The position numbers were made by a program, and so were the translations under genes. This document shows, piece after piece, positions 20,713 to 27,009 of a stretch of 32,000 nt of DNA. Source of the DNA: Opitutales bacterium (GTDB lineage: Bacteria; Verrucomicrobiota; Verrucomicrobiia; Opitutales; PNEW01); NCBI GenBank assembly GCA_965219535.1, contig CBDCNV010000001.1:630001-662000 (forward strand). Direction: 5' to 3'. The notes under the pieces are model-generated. The model was not told where the DNA came from. It ran no database searches and was given only the letters and a program-made list of their open reading frames with translations. Every line of letters begins with the position of its first letter. Positions within the stretch are counted from its first letter, which is position 1.

Positions 20713-22065
20713 ATGAGCGATGCAGCAGAAAAAATATCAAAAAAAGAAAGTATAGTTTCAATCGAAGACAGTTATCGTGCTGGAAGCCCAAAATCGCGGG
20801 CTTATTTCGAACGGTGCTCAATGACAATGCCGGGTGGGGCAAAGGGTGCTTATTTTTATGCGCCCTATCCGCTTACAATGGAAAGAGGCGAGGGTTGTTA
20901 CCTCTTTGATTTAGACGGGAGACAGTTTGTCGATTTTGCTTGTCACCATACGGCGCAGATTCTCGGTCATAACCATCCCGCAGTAATCCAGGCAATAGAA
21001 AAGCAGATGAAGCAGGGTGTCGCACTCGGCGCCCATGCCGGGGTCGAGGCTGAAATTGCGGAGACCCTCTGCCATCGAGTGAAATCCTTGGAGAGAATAC
21101 GTTTTTGCAATTCCGGTACTGAAGCAACTTTACATGCAATTCGGCTCGCGCGTGGTTTTAGCGGCCGTCCTAAAATTGCAAAATTCGAAGGTGGTTATCA
21201 TGGGAGCCATGACGCCGTTGAAGTCAGTGTAGCCCCGCCTTTAGATAAAGCCGGTCCTGCGACTGCCCCGGTATCAGTACCCGGTGCGGGTGGCGCCTCA
21301 CCACACGCGACAGAGGAAGTTGTTATTCTGCCCTATCATGATGAAGATTCGGTGAAACGTCTGTTAAATGAAAATCGCGATGAGTTAGCCTGTGTAATTT
21401 TTGATCCCAATGCCGGGATCTTGACACTCAACAAGGATTTCGTGCAGTTCGTTCGTGAAATCACGAAGGAATTAGATATCCTGCTTATTTTTGATGAAAT
21501 CGTCGGCTTTCGCGTAAGTTGGGGAGGGTTGCAGGAAGTATACGAAATATCGCCGGACCTCACAACTTTTGGTAAATTGGTGGGAGGCGGTTTCCCGGTC
21601 GGGGCATTCGGAGGCCGTGCGGATATCATGAGCTTGCTGGACAATACCTTGGGCCCGACGGGTTTTTTCCAGAGCGGTACTTTCAGTGCGCATCCACTTG
21701 CGATGGTTGCTGGATTGGCCACCCTTGAACAATTGACCCCTGAAGCATTTAAAAACCTGAATGGGCTTGGCGATCGCTTATACACAGGGTTAAGAAATTT
21801 ATTCCGTGATCGGGGTGTAGACGCGCAGGTTGTTGGGCTTGGAACGGTATTCAGTATTTATTTTACCGATAGGGAAGCGGTAAACTATCGTAATAAGGCT
21901 ACCGCAGACGCAGAAATTGCACACTCTGTTTTCCTTTCATTATTACAAGAGGGATATATTCTCTCTCATAATTTATCGATGAACAGCCTATCGCTTGCCT
22001 TAAATGAAAGTCATGTCGACGGTTTAATCGAGGCCATGGGACGGGCATTGAATGAGGTATTTTAA
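20713..22065 (+). CDS. Class III aminotransferase, glutamate-1-semialdehyde 2,1-aminomutase-like
   Basis: NSGTEA, FDEIVGFRV and TTFGKLVGGGFPVGAFGGRADIM (PLP-lysine motif). ATG at 20713 is preceded by GGAAGGA and is preferred over the track start at 20656. Confidence 0.8.
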   Translation: MSDAAEKISKKESIVSIEDSYRAGSPKSRAYFERCSMTMPGGAKGAYFYAPYPLTMERGEGCYLFDLDGRQFVDFACHHTAQILGHNHPAVIQAIEKQMKQGVALGAHAGVEAEIAETLCHRVKSLERIRFCNSGTEATLHAIRLARGFSGRPKIAKFEGGYHGSHDAVEVSVAPPLDKAGPATAPVSVPGAGGASPHATEEVVILPYHDEDSVKRLLNENRDELACVIFDPNAGILTLNKDFVQFVREITKELDILLIFDEIVGFRVSWGGLQEVYEISPDLTTFGKLVGGGFPVGAFGGRADIMSLLDNTLGPTGFFQSGTFSAHPLAMVAGLATLEQLTPEAFKNLNGLGDRLYTGLRNLFRDRGVDAQVVGLGTVFSIYFTDREAVNYRNKATADAEIAHSVFLSLLQEGYILSHNLSMNSLSLALNESHVDGLIEAMGRALNEVF

Positions 22066-22136
22066 AAACCTGTTATATACTTTCGGGTAAGATAAAAATA
22101 TATTTTCATTAATATTCATTATAAAAAAAATCATTC

Positions 22137-23057
22137 ATGAAACTTGCTATCGCAACCTGTCAATTCCCGGTAGATAAAGACATAAAACGAAATACCCGCT
22201 ATGTGATGCAACAAATGCGTCAAGCCAAAGAGAAAGGAGCCGCTGTTGCGCACTTTTCGGAAATGTGTCATTCCGGCTATGCCGGTTCTGAATTCAATTC
22301 CTATGATAATTTTAATTGGGACCTACTGTACACCTGTGGTGAAAAAATCCTTAAACTTGCACGTGAATTGGAATTGTGGGTGATTCTAGGTTCAAGCCAT
22401 CGTCTGACAGGTAAGCATAAACCGCATAACAGTTTATATATTATCAATGATCGCGGAAAAATTATCGACCGCTACGATAAATTGTTCTGTGTCGGCGACA
22501 AGTCAGAGACTACTGACGATCTGGCACATTACACCTCGGGTAATCACTTCTCTGTTTTTACGATAAATGGAATTAAGTGTGGGGCTTTAATTTGTCACGA
22601 TTTTCGCTACCAGGAGCTCTATCGCGAGTATAAAAGAAAAGGGGTTGAGCTCATGTTTCACTCTTATCACGTGGGTAATATGGATGCCAAAAGATGGAAG
22701 ACGACACAAAATTATTTTGGTCCACGGGTGAGAAAGGTAAAAGGTTATACCTCCACTTCGGGTGTATTAACACCGCCCACGATGCAAACTTACGCCGCAA
22801 ATAATTTTATGTGGATCAGCAATAATAACACATCAGCGAGAGAGTCAGCCTTCCCCAGTTTTTTTGTCAGGGCGGATGGATTGATCACCGGAATGTTGCC
22901 TCGAAATAAAACGGGAGTTCTCATTTCAACCGTCGATACGAAAATGAAAATGTTTGATGCATCTGAACACTGGCGGGATAGAGTGATTAATAAAGGAATT
23001 CTACATAGTGGTAAAATAAGAAAGGATAAACGTTCGGACGATCGCAGGAGTTTTTAA
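22137..23057 (+). CDS. Carbon-nitrogen hydrolase (nitrilase superfamily) amidase
   Basis: E-K-C triad context: AHFSEM, YDKLF, ALICHDFRY. Has a basic C-terminal extension. Confidence 0.75.
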   Translation: MKLAIATCQFPVDKDIKRNTRYVMQQMRQAKEKGAAVAHFSEMCHSGYAGSEFNSYDNFNWDLLYTCGEKILKLARELELWVILGSSHRLTGKHKPHNSLYIINDRGKIIDRYDKLFCVGDKSETTDDLAHYTSGNHFSVFTINGIKCGALICHDFRYQELYREYKRKGVELMFHSYHVGNMDAKRWKTTQNYFGPRVRKVKGYTSTSGVLTPPTMQTYAANNFMWISNNNTSARESAFPSFFVRADGLITGMLPRNKTGVLISTVDTKMKMFDASEHWRDRVINKGILHSGKIRKDKRSDDRRSF

Positions 23058-23164
23058 TTCGCGTTATAGTCTTGTTAAAATAATTAATTCCAGGGTCACA
23101 TCCGGATGACATTTATCAAAAAGTATAATTGTCATTTGCGTAAAAATAGTTCATTAGGTTGAAT

Positions 23165-23677
23165 ATGCCAAAGGAGAGGAAATGCGTAGAGTGTGACAAG
23201 ACGGGGTCGATACATGTTTCAATTGTCTTGGGCGGTAAATTAACGACTGAAAGTTATTGCCGAGCACACGCCGAACAATGCGGTGTTATCCAATCATCAG
23301 GTTACGATTTACTCGGTCTGGGAAATATCGAAGAAGAAGTAGCGGTTCAACTTGAATTGAACGTTCTGCGTTGTGAAAGCTGCGGTTGCTCTCAACATGA
23401 TTTTGAAAAATCTGGTCGCTTAGGCTGCCCTCAATGCTATCTCACTTTTGGAACTTTACTTAATCCATTGTTGAATAAAATGCATGCGGGAAGTAGTCAC
23501 TTAGGAAAAATTCCAGAAAAAGCTATCGCGGAAAATCTTCTTCACAACCGTATCAAGCATCTTGAAACTCAACTCCAAGATGCAGTTACGAATGAACATT
23601 ATGAAGACGCGGCTCAATACCGTGATAAGATTAATGAATTTAAACAACTTGCCGCCCAGTCCGTGAAAAAGAATTAA
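23165..23677 (+). CDS. UvrB/UvrC-motif protein, McsA-like (zinc-ribbon CxxC pairs + UVR domain)
   Basis: CVEC...C......C and CESC...CPQC cysteine pairs, then a C-terminal HYEDAAQYRDKINEFK UVR motif. The track start is TTG at 23159; ATG at 23165 is preferred. Confidence 0.65.
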   Translation: MPKERKCVECDKTGSIHVSIVLGGKLTTESYCRAHAEQCGVIQSSGYDLLGLGNIEEEVAVQLELNVLRCESCGCSQHDFEKSGRLGCPQCYLTFGTLLNPLLNKMHAGSSHLGKIPEKAIAENLLHNRIKHLETQLQDAVTNEHYEDAAQYRDKINEFKQLAAQSVKKN

Positions 23678-23681
23678 TGCA

Positions 23682-23759
23682 CCTGACCTGTCCCCGTAAA
23701 ACTGAACCAGTTGCAAAGTTAGTCTGGGCCAAAAGAAAGGAGAGAGGAGACAGGTCAGG
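23682..23759. repeat. 78-bp foldback element whose loop carries an IS3-end-like sequence
   Basis: The 11-bp arm CCTGACCTGTC (23682-23692) and GACAGGTCAGG (23749-23759) are exact reverse complements. Loop segment 23695-23741 aligns at about 80 percent by eye with the subterminal left end of the adjacent IS (23826-23872), including AAAGTTAGTCTGGG. Confidence 0.6.
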
Positions 23760-23793
23760 AGGGTGAAAGAAGTAAATTCTAAAATTAGATAGT

Positions 23794-23813
23794 TTAAAAT
23801 ACGCTTGATAAAT
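23794..23813 (-). other. Detached native 3' end (LSSVF-stop) of the cytochrome-porin gene, separated from the gene by the IS insertion
   Basis: Joining 23813 to 25105 (removing the IS and one AAAT copy) makes the reverse-strand frame read ...GAC CTA TTC GTT ATT GAT TTA TCA AGC GTA TTT TAA, which is DLFVIDLSSVF*. Confidence 0.7.
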
Positions 23814-23880
23814 TGGTCGTGACCACGAAAACTGGTCCACTAGAAAAGTTAGTCTGGGACACCTAGAAAGGACTCAGACA

Positions 23881-25092
23881 ATGAAAGGCAAAAGATATAC
23901 AACCGAAGAGAAGATACGGATGCTGCGGCAGGCAGACAAAGGGAAAACGATCCTGGAAGTATGCCGCGAGAACAACATAAGCGAACAGACCTTCCACCGC
24001 TGGAAACGTGAACTTGGGATGATTGATGTCAACCAGGCCAAGCGGATGAAGGAACTCTTTGAAGGAGAACGCGCGGTTAAAGCGGATGCTGGCGGACAAG
24101 CTGCTGGGGATAGAGATTGTGCAGGAGACGCTCGAAAAAAAACTGTAAGCCCTGGGCACAAGCGGCAAGTGGCAGAGAGACTTGTGGCCCGGGGCCAGTG
24201 TTCGATACGTGGAGCGTGCCGATACTTTCACCTGCACCGCTCCACCTATGCGTATCGGGCGAAGTATCCTGATGCCTGGCTAACGAAACTGAAGGCGGCA
24301 GTAAGGCGGTTATCACGGCAATACGCGAGGTGGGGCTATCCGAAGATCACGAAGCTGTTGAAGGACGAAGGCTGGCAGGTGGGTAAACGGCTCGTGCAAG
24401 GTCTGCGACGTGAACTGGGCCTGGCGATTCCCCCACGCAAGCCAAGACGCCGGCGCAGGGGTGTCTCCACCGGGCTGCCGACGAAGGCCGAACATCCCGA
24501 CCATGTTTGGACCTGGGACTTTATCCACGATAAGACGGTCCGCGGTGGGAATCTCAAAATGCTCACCGTCCTTGACGAGTACACCCGCGAGTGCCGGGTG
24601 ATCCATGTCGATCGCCATATCAATGCGCAGAAGGTGCGCGGGGTCATGCAAAAACTGCTCGACCCTCATGGGCCGCCAAAATATATTCGCAGCGATAACG
24701 GTTCCGAGTTTATTGAAAAGGAATTGCGAACTTGGCTAACTGCGATGAAAATCAATACCCTCTATATCGAACCAGGAAGCCCTTGGCAGAACGGATACAT
24801 CGAATCGTTCCATGCCCGTTTTCGCGAGGAGTGTCTAAATCGTGAACAGCTGTGGACTTTGACCGAAGCCCGCGTGGTGATCGAAGATTGGCGCTGGCTT
24901 TACAATCATGTTCGACCCCACCGCAGCCTCGGCAATATTACTCCACAACGTTTCGCTCAAAACCTCAATACCGAAGGCTCGGGCTCCATTCGGGCTACGC
25001 CCTCATTGCGCCCAAGCCTTGACTTCCTCTACCAACTTAACTTCAACATTAACCTCTCCAGACTAACTCTCTCAGTGGACCAGTTTGTGTAA
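23881..25092 (+). CDS. IS3-family transposase as one uninterrupted 403-codon frame (HTH + scrambled linker + DDE/RNase-H OrfB)
   Basis: N-terminal HTH (RYTTEEKIRMLRQADKGKTILEVCRENNISEQTFHRWKRE). OrfB motifs WTWDFIH, LTVLDEYTRE, IRSDNGSEF, PGSPWQNGYIESFH, YNHVRPHRSLG. The expected leucine zipper (KENARLKRMLADKLLGIEIVQETLEKKL*) is only readable in the +1 frame at 24062-24148. Confidence 0.85.
   Translation: MKGKRYTTEEKIRMLRQADKGKTILEVCRENNISEQTFHRWKRELGMIDVNQAKRMKELFEGERAVKADAGGQAAGDRDCAGDARKKTVSPGHKRQVAERLVARGQCSIRGACRYFHLHRSTYAYRAKYPDAWLTKLKAAVRRLSRQYARWGYPKITKLLKDEGWQVGKRLVQGLRRELGLAIPPRKPRRRRRGVSTGLPTKAEHPDHVWTWDFIHDKTVRGGNLKMLTVLDEYTRECRVIHVDRHINAQKVRGVMQKLLDPHGPPKYIRSDNGSEFIEKELRTWLTAMKINTLYIEPGSPWQNGYIESFHARFREECLNREQLWTLTEARVVIEDWRWLYNHVRPHRSLGNITPQRFAQNLNTEGSGSIRATPSLRPSLDFLYQLNFNINLSRLTLSVDQFV
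24135..24195 (+). promoter_or_regulatory. Programmed -1 ribosomal frameshift signal of the IS (A8 slippery run + stem-loop)
   Basis: AAAAAAAA at 24135-24142 (A AAA AAA in the zipper frame) and an orfA-frame TAA at 24146-24148. An approximately 14-bp stem follows (24149-24162 pairing with 24181-24195, one bulged G) 6 nt after the run. Confidence 0.6.
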
Positions 25093-26245
25093 CCCGACCA
25101 AAATCAATAACGAATAGGTCGTTGTTATCCTGGGCGCGATATTGAATCTGTAAAAAAAATGAATATTTCTGATTTGGCCCGCTTATTGTAAAATAAGGAA
25201 TATAGGCGGCTTCGCTCCTGGAATTTGTTACCTTTTCAACTCGCATACCTACTCCAGGCCTGATTTTATCCCACCATCTTGGTACATACTCTACCTCAAG
25301 ACTGTAGCGCATACGCGCCTCGCTTGACTCTGTATCGTCACCCCCGATTCCGGCGGTCACATACCAATCACCTGTGTTATAGCTTCCTAGGGCTGTAGCA
25401 AGCCAGCGATCGTCATCGACGAATGCATGTCCCCCAATTAAACTCATTCCTGTTTTATAATATGTTTCCAGGAACACGCCTTTGGGGCTACCTTCAAATT
25501 CGAAACTTGCAGTATCTTTCGCTTCGTCATTCAACGGAATAGAAAATTCTCCTGGAAATGGCACCGTTAATCCAAGAAAGAGCCTTTCAGATGCCGTTTT
25601 CCCCTTCAGTGCTTGATATTGCAAAGCTATACTTGGAGAACGCCCTGTGGGAGAAAACGATCTAAGCCCTTGAATACGTGAATCTGCTGTTTGATCGCCC
25701 GGTAAAGAATTTTTAAATAGAGTCGGTTCGCTAGGAGAGAGTCTCAAAGAGACATCTACCTGATTAAGCGCGCGAAACTGTCCTACTTTAAACGCCCATT
25801 GATCATCGATAGTCCATTGTACGAACAAGTCTTCAAATCGACCACTTCGGCTTTTGTGGCTTCCATCTGAATTTAAGCTTTCACTCACTACACGTGATTC
25901 TACAAAATAGGATAGCGGGGTGTTTCCAATTTTTCCGCCACTGATTAGCTCGACCTTAGGAAGAAAGAAATCTTCTACATTATTCTCTATCTTATCTTCA
26001 TATCGGGTGGTAAGCCAAACTGCTAGTGGAATGGTTTTCTTTTCTCCTTTACCAACCAAATCTGGCGCCTTATAACCTCGCGCTCGAAAATTTTCTCCCG
26101 TAAGGTTTAACTTTGGGACGGATGAGTGGCATTTAATGCAACTATTTTGCGTCATTCGGGCAAATTGCGGTGTTGCATATGCTGAATGCAAAAAAAACAA
26201 CACCCCGATTATCCCAAGTAATCTAGTCAAATTCCGGTTTTTCAT
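25049..26245 (-). CDS. Fused monoheme cytochrome c / outer-membrane beta-barrel protein (Cyc2-like), 3' end replaced by IS-derived codons
   Basis: Signal peptide (cleavage after ...HSAYA), ATPQFARMTQNSCIKCHSSVPKL (CxxCH followed by P-x-L), then about 350 aa of alternating-polarity, Gly/aromatic-rich barrel-like sequence. The last 17 residues (FGRVTQTGPLRELVWRG) are encoded by the IS right end and the duplicated target. Confidence 0.6.
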   Translation of the reverse strand: MKNRNLTRLLGIIGVLFFLHSAYATPQFARMTQNSCIKCHSSVPKLNLTGENFRARGYKAPDLVGKGEKKTIPLAVWLTTRYEDKIENNVEDFFLPKVELISGGKIGNTPLSYFVESRVVSESLNSDGSHKSRSGRFEDLFVQWTIDDQWAFKVGQFRALNQVDVSLRLSPSEPTLFKNSLPGDQTADSRIQGLRSFSPTGRSPSIALQYQALKGKTASERLFLGLTVPFPGEFSIPLNDEAKDTASFEFEGSPKGVFLETYYKTGMSLIGGHAFVDDDRWLATALGSYNTGDWYVTAGIGGDDTESSEARMRYSLEVEYVPRWWDKIRPGVGMRVEKVTNSRSEAAYIPYFTISGPNQKYSFFLQIQYRAQDNNDLFVIDFGRVTQTGPLRELVWRG

Positions 26246-26382
26246 AGCTGGTTTAAGTTAGTATCTATCGAGTTAAGCGGTTTAATTAGGTTCTAGGGCC
26301 AGGCCAAAGTTTTCAGTAGACACAATACAAGGAATATTTTTGATATATCAAACAAAAAATCATGAATTATCAAAATTGTTGA

Positions 26383-26695
26383 TCTCGTTGCCTCCGGATG
26401 CATCCCGAGTGCCTAAACTGTGAGAAACTATGTACTCTGACCGAAGCGTGCTTGGTCATCGAGGACCGGCACTGGAAATACAACCATTTGCACCTTTACA
26501 GCTCTCTTGGTTATCTCATGCTCATCCAGTTTGCTCAGAATGAAATAACAACCAGCTAACAAAATGACTAAGATCTGGGCTCCAGTCGGCTACGCCCTCA
26601 CTTCGCCAAGATCTCTCCTATACATCAATCCTAAAACCATTAACACCCGGTAACTCTCTCACTTAAAAATTGGTACGAAAAACGGGGGCCGATCA
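26383..26695 (+). pseudogene. Relic of a second, diverged IS3-family element: the last ~58 transposase codons plus the right terminal IR
   Basis: 26383-26559 reads SRCLRMHPECLNCEKLCTLTEACLVIEDRHWKYNHLHLYSSLGYLMLIQFAQNEITTS*. Roughly half of these residues match ...SFHARFREECLNREQLWTLTEARVVIEDWRWLYNHVRPHRSLGNITPQRFAQN of the intact copy. The downstream DNA parallels the intact right end (GGCTACGCCCTCA, TAACTCTCTCA) and ends ...GATCA at 26695. A stop lies immediately upstream. Confidence 0.75.
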
Positions 26696-26871
26696 CGTAT
26701 TGTACTCACGGTGCCTGATAATGTGGGAACCAGGTCTTATTACTGCACCTTTCATACCCTTATGATGAAAGGGCTCATTGTCATAGAATAGGCTTAGATT
26801 TATTGTAATTGGACCGCGCGTCTATTGGATAGATAGGCTGCTGGCATATTGTAGGATAACTCTGCTGTGAG

Positions 26872-26890
26872 TAGAAAATTCAATTTTCTA
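26872..26890. promoter_or_regulatory. Perfect 19-bp (9-1-9) palindrome, candidate operator upstream of the TBDR-like gene
   Basis: TAGAAAATT C AATTTTCTA, 120 bp upstream of the 27010 start. It has the same 9-1-9 geometry as Fur-family boxes, but the sequence does not match the E. coli Fur consensus. Confidence 0.35.
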
Positions 26891-27009
26891 TGGTTAGAGA
26901 GTTCGTTAAAAGTTGATATTCAATGAAAGAATTATGAGAGGTATAACGCATTCTTATCGTTTTGGTTTTAATATTGCTAACTCAAATATGTAATTATAGC
27001 CTATAGTGC

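Larger units (their letters stand above)
23814..25100 (+). mobile_element. IS3-family insertion sequence, complete (1287 bp)
   Basis: Ends are 5'-TGGTCG...CGACCA-3'. Imperfect terminal IRs of about 46 bp: TGGTCGTGACCACGAAAACTGGTCCACTAGAAAAGTTAGTCTGG versus the reverse complement TGGTCGGGTTACACAAACTGGTCCACTGAGAGAGTTAGTCTGG. Flanking 4-bp direct repeat AAAT (23810-23813 and 25101-25104). OrfA/OrfB organisation. Visibly more GC-rich than the flanks. Confidence 0.85.

Noticed and set aside
21336-21785. 149-aa antisense ORF inside the class III aminotransferase gene. Similar shadow ORFs occur at 684-1076, 2980-3342, 10135-10545, 11043-11294, 24313-24669 and 23863-24237.
   Set aside because: Each lies wholly within a longer ORF on the opposite strand or in another frame that has clear family motifs. 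Their translations are low-complexity or Pro/Arg/Ser-rich, as expected of non-coding frames.
23099-23108. 10-bp palindrome CATCCGGATG after the C-N hydrolase gene, considered as a terminator
   Set aside because: There is no loop and no downstream T-tract. It is too short to call.
26748-26772. Hairpin CCTTTCAT-9nt-ATGAAAGG just right of the IS relic
   Set aside because: An 8-bp stem with no T-tract and no adjacent gene end. It is probably incidental.
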